A stretch of 64,000 bases of DNA, taken from contig OZ244042.1 of NCBI GenBank assembly GCA_965215015.1, forward strand, positions 480,001 through 544,000, read 5' to 3'. Below the pieces are notes generated by a model. That model worked only from the letters and a program-made list of their open reading frames with translations. It made no database searches and was not told where the DNA came from. Source of the DNA: Candidatus Poribacteria bacterium. GTDB taxonomy: Bacteria; Poribacteria; WGA-4E; PCPOR2b. Position numbers and translations under genes: made by a program. Positions 31,507 to 40,766 of the stretch are shown piece by piece. Within the stretch, counting starts at the first letter, position 1. Every line of letters begins with the position of its first letter.

Positions 31507-32298
31507 TCAAACGTAGACGGGTCTGTTCCAGTTACTATTGATTATCTGCTTTACGAGAGTTGGGTTGCCAGCGAACAGACCCGTGAGCTGCCTAACTCTC
31601 TTTTTGTTATATCTTATTGTCTGACCCGCCTTATCCCATAAGACACCGCCGGCTTCGCGCAAGATGAGGTCGCCGGCACAGAAATCCCACTCGTTTTTAG
31701 GGCGCACGCTAATATAAAGATCGCCTGTGCCTACCGCGAGTCTTGCCAATTTGTAGGTGACGCTGCCGATATATTGGATTTCGCCGACAAGCGGAACTAG
31801 CCCCGTTAACAACCCTTTTTGGTGTTCGGTTTGGCTAACAAGCATTAATGCCTGTTTGAGCGTTTGGCATGGTGAGCAGCGAATCGGCTTGCCGTTGCAG
31901 AACGCACCACCGCCCGCATGAGCGTAAAAGAGCTCCGACGTAGCGGGGTTGTGCAACACACCGATGACCGGTGTTCCCTCGACCACAAGGGCAATCGAAA
32001 TCGCAAATTCGGGGATACCTGCGATGAATTCCTCTGTACCGTCAATGGGATCGATAACCCATACGCGAGATTTTGCCAATCGGTCCGGGGAATCCTCTGT
32101 TTCCTCAGAGAGCCACCCATCGTCAGGGAAAGCATGACAGATTATCTCTCGAATCCGGTGATTTGCCATCAGGTCAGCGGTTGTAACGGAGTTATTGGCA
32201 CTTTTTTCACGAATGTCGTAGCCGCCCCGATAATACCCCATCACGACCTCGCCTGCTTCTTTGGCAGTCTGTATAGCAATTTCAAGTGTTTTCTGCAA
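31507..32298 (-). CDS. CysQ / inositol monophosphatase family protein
   Basis: VTTAD, LSEE, WVIDPIDGT, EWDFCAG. Confidence 0.88.
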   Translation of the reverse strand: MQKTLEIAIQTAKEAGEVVMGYYRGGYDIREKSANNSVTTADLMANHRIREIICHAFPDDGWLSEETEDSPDRLAKSRVWVIDPIDGTEEFIAGIPEFAISIALVVEGTPVIGVLHNPATSELFYAHAGGGAFCNGKPIRCSPCQTLKQALMLVSQTEHQKGLLTGLVPLVGEIQYIGSVTYKLARLAVGTGDLYISVRPKNEWDFCAGDLILREAGGVLWDKAGQTIRYNKKRVRQLTGLFAGNPTLVKQIINSNWNRPVYV

Positions 32299-32338
32299 CG
32301 CAATCTCCTCTACTTACCCATTTGCATGGTTATTGGGA

Positions 32339-33556
32339 CTACATCCAGTTGTCGGTGAAGTCCTTGACGCTAAACTCGGTGGGCATTTCATTGAAATGAT
32401 ACCGTGATGGACGATTCTCATATCCGGGAGCGGCAGCCTCAACATCCGACTGAATCCGAGCATCAGCCGGCTTGAACCGGTCCCACAGGATTCGCGCCTC
32501 CTCGAAAGAAAATCGATTTGCAAGAGGCGGCCCCCATTGGAGCGTTATCGGGTGTGATCGAATTGTCGAGTCGCGGGTCCCCTGCGGTAGGTTGTCAAAG
32601 TCGGGGTGTCTACAGTCATACACACGTTTGGCAATCTTGCTCAAGTACATTGTCGAGAGCATTTTGCCTTTTTCACCCCTGCCCGGATGGAGTTTTTCAA
32701 GGGCAACATGGTAGGCGGCGGCATCCTTTTCAATGGCGGCTCGAAGTATTGATTCGGTGTGCGTTATCATCTGTTCACTGCGCCATATCCAGCGGTTAAA
32801 TGTCGCTTGGGCAGTGGTTGACAGATGCTTCATATAGCTCCGATTTTCATACTGGGTGAAAGTTGAAAAGCCTCCGTGAATTGTGCGCCGCATTTTAGTA
32901 CTATAGTTGCTGCCCCAGTGCAAAATCGGCAGGATGTAAGCCACGCCATCACCCGCATTAAGGTGCGTCTGAACGCCTCCGGGAAAAGGGGCATAGCGAT
33001 TTGTCCGCAACAGTTCGTTTTCTCGCTCCGTGTTGAGGCGAGTGTGGCTGCCGGGTATCACCCATAGCACGTCATCATCGTAGAGGCAGAGGTTCCATTG
33101 CACGTATCTGGGCCCTGACTCGATAATATCGTCTACATAACCTTGCAGTGGTGCACTGTAGGGAGGATATAAATCGCGGTGCCAATGGGCGGGTCCCCGA
33201 TTTCGGACAGGGTTACACATCAACATCATCTCCGTAACCGCTGCATCAGACACGCCCAATAGTTCGCTGCTAACGCCTTGTGTGTTTTCATGAAGCCAAA
33301 CCTCTACCGCGCTGGCAGTATTCTCGTCTATCAGGTCTGCGAGAGGACTCTGGTGCAGGAGCAAACGCGGTTGAGCGGAGGTTTCCCACACGCCGCCGGG
33401 TGGGTCGTCTGATTTAGTCTCCTGTGCCCAAATTGCTTTCTGCCGCTCAACTAGAATTTCATGGCTCGCGCGCAGCGCATCCAGCTCATCTGCCGGAATA
33501 ACGTTGCGTAGGATGACATATCCCTCCTCAAGGAATTGACTACGATCTATTTTCAT
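32339..33556 (-). CDS. PhyH family dioxygenase with C-terminal extension
   Basis: FLEEGYVIL, WHRD, ILHWGSNY..RRTIH. Confidence 0.82.
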   Translation of the reverse strand: MKIDRSQFLEEGYVILRNVIPADELDALRASHEILVERQKAIWAQETKSDDPPGGVWETSAQPRLLLHQSPLADLIDENTASAVEVWLHENTQGVSSELLGVSDAAVTEMMLMCNPVRNRGPAHWHRDLYPPYSAPLQGYVDDIIESGPRYVQWNLCLYDDDVLWVIPGSHTRLNTERENELLRTNRYAPFPGGVQTHLNAGDGVAYILPILHWGSNYSTKMRRTIHGGFSTFTQYENRSYMKHLSTTAQATFNRWIWRSEQMITHTESILRAAIEKDAAAYHVALEKLHPGRGEKGKMLSTMYLSKIAKRVYDCRHPDFDNLPQGTRDSTIRSHPITLQWGPPLANRFSFEEARILWDRFKPADARIQSDVEAAAPGYENRPSRYHFNEMPTEFSVKDFTDNWM

Positions 33557-33660
33557 GAAACCCTGCCTTTCGCCAATTTGTTGAAAGTTTCAAACAAATT
33601 ATGAATAATTGATATTCTCACGCAGATTGTCGATTGGATTATTTATGAGATCAACGGGGT

Positions 33661-34824
33661 CTACCTCCACGGTTTTATCCACTCCTCCTTAATCTCCATG
33701 CCGAATCCCGGCGCGTCTGAAGGAACCAAGCAGCCATCCTTCGGCATCACCATGCCCGGGAAAGGTCGCACCTCGGAAAGCGGAATACCGGGGTCTGTGC
33801 CGAGCCAGTATTCAGCCATCGGCGACTCCGGCAGTGCCATAGCGAAATGCTGACCGAAAGGCGTATTCCCACCGCCGTGCGGAATTGTTACGAGGCCCGC
33901 CGCTTCAGCGATGGTATATATCTTGACAGCCTCGGAAAGCCCACCACACCACTTAAGGTCGGGTTGCACCACGTCCACACACCGGTGCTCGACAAGTTGC
34001 CGAAACGCATGCCGTCCATGGTGATCTTCGCCGGTAGCAATCGGCATCCATGGCACTGATTTCTTCAACTCGATGTGCCCCTCAAGGTCTGTCGGAATCA
34101 AAGGTTCTTCCAGCCATCGCATCCGGAAGGGACGCAGGCGTTCAGCAATCTGTACCGCAAACTCTACATTGTATGACATGACCGCATTGAGCATCAGCTC
34201 GGCGTTGGGACCAATCGTTTCTCTGGCTGCCGCAAGTTTCTCCTCGACCGTATTCAATCCCTCGATGCCCATCTCGTAATGTGCAGGGTTTGTGACTTTG
34301 AAAGCTTTGAAACCGAGTGCCATGCTCCAGTCAAGGTCATCACCTGTAGCATAGAGTTTAATTTTATCTCGGCACGGTCCGCCGAGCAATCGGTACACCG
34401 GCAAATCTAGCAGCTTTCCCTTGAGGTCCCATAACGCTAAATCTATGCCGCTCTGTGCCACCGCAGCATGGCCCGCGGCACCCAGTCGCTGCATGGAACG
34501 CCACATCAGATCGTTGAGAAATTCGGTCGCAAGGCAATCTCGACCTTCCAACAACGGTGCAAAGACATGATCAATCAATACCGCTACAGAATCACCGAAA
34601 CTGCACGCCCCAAGGCCCCATGTTTTATCCTCGGCGATAATCTGTACCCACACCTGTCCACCGCCCATGCCGGGCATTTGGCTAGGTAATCGGGAGAACT
34701 CCGGATATTTGTTGATAGGCAAAGCACGGGGCGCACTCTTATTCCACGTCGGGCGGCGTGGCTTGGTTTTTGGCGGGGTCTGTGGTATATTTACGCTGGC
34801 AGCGCGAATTTCTTTAATTTTCAT
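33661..34824 (-). CDS. Mandelate racemase family (L-rhamnonate dehydratase-like)
   Basis: IDLALWDLKGK, WLEEP, ATGED, QPDLKWCGG, PGFG. Confidence 0.85.
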   Translation of the reverse strand: MKIKEIRAASVNIPQTPPKTKPRRPTWNKSAPRALPINKYPEFSRLPSQMPGMGGGQVWVQIIAEDKTWGLGACSFGDSVAVLIDHVFAPLLEGRDCLATEFLNDLMWRSMQRLGAAGHAAVAQSGIDLALWDLKGKLLDLPVYRLLGGPCRDKIKLYATGDDLDWSMALGFKAFKVTNPAHYEMGIEGLNTVEEKLAAARETIGPNAELMLNAVMSYNVEFAVQIAERLRPFRMRWLEEPLIPTDLEGHIELKKSVPWMPIATGEDHHGRHAFRQLVEHRCVDVVQPDLKWCGGLSEAVKIYTIAEAAGLVTIPHGGGNTPFGQHFAMALPESPMAEYWLGTDPGIPLSEVRPFPGMVMPKDGCLVPSDAPGFGMEIKEEWIKPWR

Positions 34825-35090
34825 CAAAATCTTCGCAGTAGAGGCCCCATCCTTTGGGCTTCTTAGTCCCGATTTATCGGGGGTGGGGAGGAAACTGCGC
34901 CTCTTTTTGTTGATTTCTCTGGTAAAAATGGTACACTTGTCTTGTTGGGAGGTCTTACCCTGTTGCTCAACGGGCTCTCACACGCTTTGAGACAGAGAAA
35001 GGGCAATCCTAATGATTCAAACCTATCAATATAGAATCTATCCAACGGCGAAGCAAGGGCTTGAATTAGAGGTTTGGTTGAAATCTGTCA
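34825..35090 (+). mobile_element. tnpB: IS200/IS605 remnant: left end plus tnpB 5' fragment
   Basis: Hairpin GCAGT..CCCCATCC...GGGTGGGG..ACTGC; MIQTYQYRIYPTAKQ..LEVWL from ~35012 (HTH_OrfB-like). Confidence 0.7.
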
Positions 35091-35094
35091 GACA

Positions 35095-35262
35095 CTAGGC
35101 GTGGGGAATGTCCCACTGTCTGGTGTAAGCCTGTGCCCTTTCTTTAGTCCGACTTGCTACTGCCAAAGGTGTGCTTCGCCCTGAAGCCCGGAGGGCAGGT
35201 ATCAATCGCTCATTGATTCGGGCAGTGCTTAACAATCCCCAACATGCCTGTTTCTCTGCCAT
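35095..35262 (-). pseudogene. N-terminal fragment of a Gfo/Idh/MocA oxidoreductase
   Basis: Manual translation MAEKQACWGLLSTARINERLIPALRASGRSTPLAVASRTKERAQAYTRQWDIPHA*. Confidence 0.75.
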
Positions 35263-35342
35263 GATCTACTCCTTGTTGATTCACTACCGATAAGATCGGG
35301 ATTGAGAGCAACCCGCAACTCGGTTATTAAGGCGAATCGATA

Positions 35343-36062
35343 TTAATCTTCGACCACATGTCGATTCATCGCTTGGATTTCCGGTGGCATCCGGTCACGC
35401 ACACTTCTCTTCATCAGATACCACCCTCCAGCTGCCGGATCCATCCACGAGGCGTGAAATCCGCTAGACACACCCATGCGGTGCTTGTCCGTAGTGATGT
35501 TGGCACCTCCGCGATGCCAGATGGCTCCATGAAAGATAACAATAGACCCTGCGGGACCTTCGGCAGTTACCAGATGGTTGTATTCCATCCCGGATCGCGG
35601 GGTTCGGCGTGAATAGTGACTGAACGGCATCACCTGCGTAGCACCGTTTTCGAGCGTAAAATCGGTTAGCATCCAGATACAGTTGACGAGAAAGCAGGCG
35701 TCCGGTATCGCTAAACCGTATTGGGGGAACCAGCCAATTGGCACGTCCGCATGGAGACTCTGTGCTTCTGCCCCCGGCTTAATCCACCGAGCCCCGACCT
35801 CTGCCATTTGGAACCCGGGACCCAGCATGTACGCTGCTAACTCCAAGTACACCGGGTGGGTAACGAGTGGGCTGAACGTATCTTGGTCGTCGTAATTAAA
35901 CACGCCGCGTAGGTTCTGATTCGGCATATCCCTATCCGGCTGCTGGCGCATGATTTCTATCAGACGGTTCGTCATGTGGGCGGCTTGGTCGGTGGGAATC
36001 AGGTTATGTATGATGACAAAGCCGTATTCCTCTAGCTCGACTTTCAACTGTTCAATGTCCAT
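35343..36062 (-). CDS. PhyH family dioxygenase
   Basis: LHAD, IWMLTDFTLENGAT, IWHRGGAN. Confidence 0.9.
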   Translation of the reverse strand: MDIEQLKVELEEYGFVIIHNLIPTDQAAHMTNRLIEIMRQQPDRDMPNQNLRGVFNYDDQDTFSPLVTHPVYLELAAYMLGPGFQMAEVGARWIKPGAEAQSLHADVPIGWFPQYGLAIPDACFLVNCIWMLTDFTLENGATQVMPFSHYSRRTPRSGMEYNHLVTAEGPAGSIVIFHGAIWHRGGANITTDKHRMGVSSGFHASWMDPAAGGWYLMKRSVRDRMPPEIQAMNRHVVED

Positions 36063-36124
36063 ACGTCTCTCCCTCCCATTGTGGTATTAACGCCTGCGAC
36101 CTCTCTCATAAGATACTCTAGACG

Positions 36125-36194
36125 AGTGTATCATATCCCCACAATCGGGGTCAATTCTTTTCTATTGACCCCGATTGTGCATCTCAGTTACAAT
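36125..36194. promoter_or_regulatory. Divergent promoter pair built on a perfect 16-bp inverted repeat
   Basis: CACAATCGGGGTCAAT-8 nt-ATTGACCCCGATTGTG (36140-36179); TTGACC-18-TACAAT (+) and TTGACC-18-TACACT (-). Confidence 0.6.
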
Positions 36195-36343
36195 ATCTCA
36201 TAAATTTATGATGCGGAATTTCACCTTCTACAATTAGGGAATTAAGTGCACCTCAATAGCAGAGAAGCCTTTAGAGGAATAAGATAGCAATGTATAGACC
36301 GGGCAGACAAACCCACCAATCTTAAAAAAAGGAGAACCTAACC

Positions 36344-37333
36344 GTGAACCAATCACAACAAGGGAAAGCAAAAATGCACGTGGGCGTTCAAGGCATCGGA
36401 ACATCAAAGCCAGAATTGGAATTTCTCGTCCGACACGGTGTGACACACATGGATGCCTCAGTCGAAAACACGGAGGTAGCAACACTGCTGCGACACAAGG
36501 AGGCAGCTGCATCTGAAGGTGTTAGCCTTCAGATGATCCATATCGGGCTACCGAAGAGTATCACTCTCGCTCAAGATCCACAGCGTAATCGAGACCTTGA
36601 TACGGTTTGTCAAGCTATTGAAAACGCAGGCAAAGCCGGACTCCGTGGACTGAACTATAACTTCTGCATTGTTCAGCATCAACGGACGGATAGCACCCCC
36701 GGACGGGGTGGAACTACATACAGCACTTTCGATCTATCAAAGTTCGACAATGACACACTGACCGAAGCGGGGCGAGTGAGCCGGGATGAAGCGTTTGAAC
36801 GGGCTGCCTACTTCCTCGATCGAGTCATTCCAGTGGCAGAGGCGAATAATGTGCAGATGGCTTGTCATCTTAATGATCCGCCGGCACCGGTTTTGAAGGG
36901 CGTCGAACGGTGGAACTACCCAGTTTTTGAGGGATTGAAGCGTTTCGCTGAGCTAGTAGACAGCCCCTACCACGGATTCAACTTCTGCTGTGGGACCGCT
37001 TCGGAGGGATTGGAAAAACCGGGCGAAGAACTATACGAGATTGTGAGGTATTTTGGAGAGCGGGGGAAGTTGTTCAACATCCATTTCCGTAATATTCGCG
37101 GTGGACTGCACAATTTTCAGGAGGTTTGGCCCGATGAAGGGGATGTGGACATGTACAAAGTGGCAAAGGTGCTTCGAGACGTAGAATACCCTTACATGCT
37201 GATGCCCGATCATGCGCCGCACCATCCGGATGATGTCTCACCGCCGGGGGTGTCGGGGCGGGTACGGCAAGCGTGGGCGTTTCAGTTCGGCTATATCATT
37301 GCGCTCATCCAAGGGGTGAATGCCGAAGGATAA
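36344..37333 (+). CDS. Mannonate dehydratase (UxuA)-like protein
   Basis: NYNF, HLNDPP, IHFRN, DEGDVDM, MPDH. Confidence 0.8.
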   Translation: MNQSQQGKAKMHVGVQGIGTSKPELEFLVRHGVTHMDASVENTEVATLLRHKEAAASEGVSLQMIHIGLPKSITLAQDPQRNRDLDTVCQAIENAGKAGLRGLNYNFCIVQHQRTDSTPGRGGTTYSTFDLSKFDNDTLTEAGRVSRDEAFERAAYFLDRVIPVAEANNVQMACHLNDPPAPVLKGVERWNYPVFEGLKRFAELVDSPYHGFNFCCGTASEGLEKPGEELYEIVRYFGERGKLFNIHFRNIRGGLHNFQEVWPDEGDVDMYKVAKVLRDVEYPYMLMPDHAPHHPDDVSPPGVSGRVRQAWAFQFGYIIALIQGVNAEG

Positions 37334-37583
37334 CAGATAGAAATTTCAGGGAAAAGATTTGCACCGTATTCTTCTTCCCTAATTAGAGTTGGAATAAGAG
37401 GGACTTGCCTCCACAAATTACACGAATTGGCGCGAATTTTCGGATTTTGATTCGCAAATATTGGTGAATCAAAGCGCGAAATGAACCGATGCGGAAACGA
37501 AAAATCTATGCGCTCAAATCCCAATTCAACGGGAGTGTAGGAGTTATCGGCCTCCCCTTGAACTTGAATTCGATTGATTTTCA

Positions 37584-37612
37584 TTGACGAGCAATACACA
37601 GTCTGATACTAT
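37584..37612 (+). promoter_or_regulatory. sigma70-type promoter directly upstream of the composite MITE
   Basis: TTGACG-17 bp-TACTAT. Confidence 0.6.
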
Positions 37613-37618
37613 ATCTAA

Positions 37619-38053
37619 CTTAAGTTGCTAGGACGTGTTGACATTTATGCGAGCATGCCGTTATTCACCGATAAGTCCCCAATCGTAGATGCTTGCAGCC
37701 CGATTTCTCGGGGGGCGAGGGAACATCGTCCAACAGGTTGGGAAACCCAACCTCTACATTTTGTCGTTTTTGGAGAATTGACCAAATGTAGGGTAGGTCT
37801 TGTGCCTGCCCAAAACACAAACAGCTCTTAAATCACAGGGCAACTACAAGGGTGGCTCCTACAGAAGCCCAAAATCGTCTCAAGGTGCATCAGATGGGTT
37901 CAATTTCTCAAATGTCAACAGAACCTAGATAGCCTGTAGGTCAAGTTTCCAAACTCGACTGCAACACTGGCTATAGGTTGGGAAAGAGGCCCGACCTACG
38001 GGTATGTGCACAGGTTACGGCATACGGAGTACGCCTACCACTAGCAACTTAGA
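37619..38053. mobile_element. MITE family B copy B2 carrying nested family C copy
   Basis: CTTAAGTTGCTAG ... CTAGCAACTTAGA; several GTAG REP hairpins. Confidence 0.75.
37628..37928. mobile_element. MITE-like element family C, copy C1 (CTAG-flanked)
   Basis: CTAG-GACGTGTTGACATTT ... AAATGTCAACAGAAC-CTAG. Confidence 0.78.
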
Positions 38054-38108
38054 TTATTATAGCAGTTCTGATTAATTGTAACTTACGATGTACGAAAGGA
38101 GATTTGGG

Positions 38109-38876
38109 ATGTACAAAACTATTGCTTTTGGCTTAACAGCACTCTTGATGCTCTCATTGACAATTATAGCAAACACAGAAATGTCTGAAAAAGCCAAGGT
38201 GGGGCGGGAACTTTTCAGTGATCCGTCTTTTGGTGGGACGCTCGATCCCGCCAAGGTCAGTGGACTCTCCTGCTCAGACTGCCACGCAGATTTTGACGAA
38301 ACAACAAACCCAGACGGTCGGATACGGGCGGGACACAGCATTGTTGGTGTACCACACCGTGGCACGGCAAAGGGTGGTATGATTACAGCGGATATCTTCG
38401 CACGGGCTGCCGGCGGCGGAGGCTTCTGCTATCAGCATTTTTTGCAGAAGATTCCTTCCAATAAAGTCGATCCGACAGCAATTCCAGAGGAACAAGCTGA
38501 AGCGTTGATGGCTTATTTTGAGCATGTCTCTGGAGATAACAAGGGACCCCAGTTTCAGTTTGCAACGCTGGATAAAGACGCCGCGAGCGCAGCCGCTGAT
38601 AAGATTATCGCGATGAAAGGCGATGCACAGAGAGGTTGGAAATTGTATGCTCAGGCGTGCAACGTCTGTCATCCAACCGCTAAAAAGTCGGGTATTGGTA
38701 CTCAACTTGTTAAAAGAAGACCGCCGCGAGACTTAGAGAAACGTAAGCACCAAATCGCAGCTTACGTCCGAAAGGGTGGTTTTACTATGCCCTTCTTCTC
38801 CGAAGATCGGTTATCAGATCAGGAGATAGCTGACATCGTGGCATTTATCGATAAATTGATCAACGAAAAGAAATAG
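38109..38876 (+). CDS. Dihaem cytochrome c
   Basis: Signal peptide; CSDCH and CNVCH; extra Cys in GFCYQH; distal MP. Confidence 0.85.
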   Translation: MYKTIAFGLTALLMLSLTIIANTEMSEKAKVGRELFSDPSFGGTLDPAKVSGLSCSDCHADFDETTNPDGRIRAGHSIVGVPHRGTAKGGMITADIFARAAGGGGFCYQHFLQKIPSNKVDPTAIPEEQAEALMAYFEHVSGDNKGPQFQFATLDKDAASAAADKIIAMKGDAQRGWKLYAQACNVCHPTAKKSGIGTQLVKRRPPRDLEKRKHQIAAYVRKGGFTMPFFSEDRLSDQEIADIVAFIDKLINEKK

Positions 38877-38933
38877 GTGTGTACTACCACCCGCCCTGCG
38901 AAAAATCCATTTGATGGTACGGTGATAGGAATA

Positions 38934-39776
38934 TCAATTCCCTTTACCGCGACCTTTTGGGGGATAATTGGCGGGTGGTTTGTGCTCAGGTTTCGAGAAC
39001 TTTGAAGATGTGATAAATTGTTGAAACAGACTCTGGGCTTCAGTGTCAATGGGGTCTTTATCTGCTTCCTCAACCGATGGGGCCGGTTGTGATGGAGCTG
39101 GCTCCTGTGAGTGTGGGTCACTTGATTGGGATGAGGGAGGGGTTGGTGCTCGGTTTTTTTGCAGCTGGTGATTTTCGACTGTTAGCTGCTGAATCTGTTT
39201 TTCTTGCGCTTCTAATTGCATCCCGTATTCGCGTAAGATTTTTTGCGCCGCATGAAGTTCTCGCTGCAAGGTGTCAACGTGATTCTCTAAGCTAGTAATC
39301 GCATCAACGAGCACTTGAGGAACCGGTGCCTTTTGCTCTTGTGAAAGCGGTGTTATTAAGGGCTGAGTACGGTTGACCGGAGGGAAAACCCCAAGTGAAT
39401 TGATTTCGTAAAGTCCTGACCTTGATCCCTTATGCTCAAAAAAAGAGATTTTTACGGTAATTTGTTGTCCAAGCTGTAGCTGCAAAAGACGCTGGTTAAT
39501 ATTCCGGATTACCGAATCATTGTGTCCGACAGTTCCCCTACCACTATGACGGTTTAATTGACGGAGGTAGTGTGTCATAATCTTCACATCCGCAATTGTT
39601 TCCGTAATTGAATTCGCTGTTAAAACTCCATCTGTCCCTGAGGCCGGATGAACGATCGACATAGGAACGCCGCCGCTATCCGCTTGCATTTCCATCGTCC
39701 ATTCTGCATCTGTTATTCTCTTGCAAGAAACGACAAAGTGATATTGTGTAGCCATCTTTCCCTTCTTAATCGTCAT
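38934..39776 (-). CDS. Hypothetical protein with coiled coil and Pro/Ser-rich tail
   Basis: 280-aa ORF; family not recognised. Confidence 0.6.
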   Translation of the reverse strand: MTIKKGKMATQYHFVVSCKRITDAEWTMEMQADSGGVPMSIVHPASGTDGVLTANSITETIADVKIMTHYLRQLNRHSGRGTVGHNDSVIRNINQRLLQLQLGQQITVKISFFEHKGSRSGLYEINSLGVFPPVNRTQPLITPLSQEQKAPVPQVLVDAITSLENHVDTLQRELHAAQKILREYGMQLEAQEKQIQQLTVENHQLQKNRAPTPPSSQSSDPHSQEPAPSQPAPSVEEADKDPIDTEAQSLFQQFITSSKFSKPEHKPPANYPPKGRGKGN

Positions 39777-39904
39777 TTTGACCTTGGAAAGAATTTAATT
39801 GCCCTGGTGAGAAGTGCCTAAAACCATACAATCCTACGCCGGAGGCCAGCCGCCTCCTATAATAAAGCATAATGCACAGGACGTAAACTCACGTAGACCA
39901 TAGC

Positions 39905-40744
39905 TCACTTTTGCTTTGATTCCACTCCTGACTGTGCATTGAGTTGCCAGTCATATTGCATATACTGAATTTGTATCTCTTGCTCTTTGAGAAAAGTAGT
40001 ATCTGCTTCTGGAAGATATTCCGCGATGAAATCGATGACGCTATCGTGGGTATCCTCAAAGTCTTCCGCGAACCACTCAAAAATTTGTGAAAGATATAAT
40101 ACTCCGTTTTCACGGTCTAAACGCACTTTTTCTGGATTATTAATAAAATTCGCTGTGGCATTGTCGAGCCGCTCTTCGAGCGTTTCTGGAAAGAACGCCC
40201 GATTCTCCAAAATCGGGCATCCTAGTGACGCACAAACCAACGCAAAATGAATACGCGGGTCGCCAAATTCATATCGGATGATGTCATGTTCAATATCGTT
40301 CAGGGTGTAGCTGCGACCACCAACTTGGAACCTGATACGGGAAAAGAAACCATTAAATGGCTTGACTTTACGAACACTTGTTGTTGGGTAGTGATCGAGG
40401 ACACCCTTAATTATCAACGCATTGTAGGCATTAATCCAAAAGGCAAGTCCGGTCTGAAAGGTCCCTTTATCACCGGGCGCGTTTACGGCAAGTAAGTCCA
40501 AATAAGATTCCAACATCTCCGAATCGTTTTTGAGCCCGGCGTAGTTAACCCGTCCGTGCGAATCGACAAATTTTTGCAAAACTTGGTCAAATAGTTGGTG
40601 ACTGAATTCACCGTCAGTTACAGCCGCCTGAATTTCTTTTCCGATCCGCTCTTCGTTTTCGACTCGATACTGATATAGAAACCGCGCCCCTAAAACACAT
40701 AAAACAGCAACCCCACCAATTAACCAACGTGTCAGTGATCTCAT
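39905..40744 (-). CDS. DUF547 domain protein
   Basis: AFWINAYN, DPRIHFALVCASLGCP, YDWQLN. Confidence 0.9.
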   Translation of the reverse strand: MRSLTRWLIGGVAVLCVLGARFLYQYRVENEERIGKEIQAAVTDGEFSHQLFDQVLQKFVDSHGRVNYAGLKNDSEMLESYLDLLAVNAPGDKGTFQTGLAFWINAYNALIIKGVLDHYPTTSVRKVKPFNGFFSRIRFQVGGRSYTLNDIEHDIIRYEFGDPRIHFALVCASLGCPILENRAFFPETLEERLDNATANFINNPEKVRLDRENGVLYLSQIFEWFAEDFEDTHDSVIDFIAEYLPEADTTFLKEQEIQIQYMQYDWQLNAQSGVESKQK

Positions 40745-40766
40745 CCCCTTTTATCCCAATCCATTT

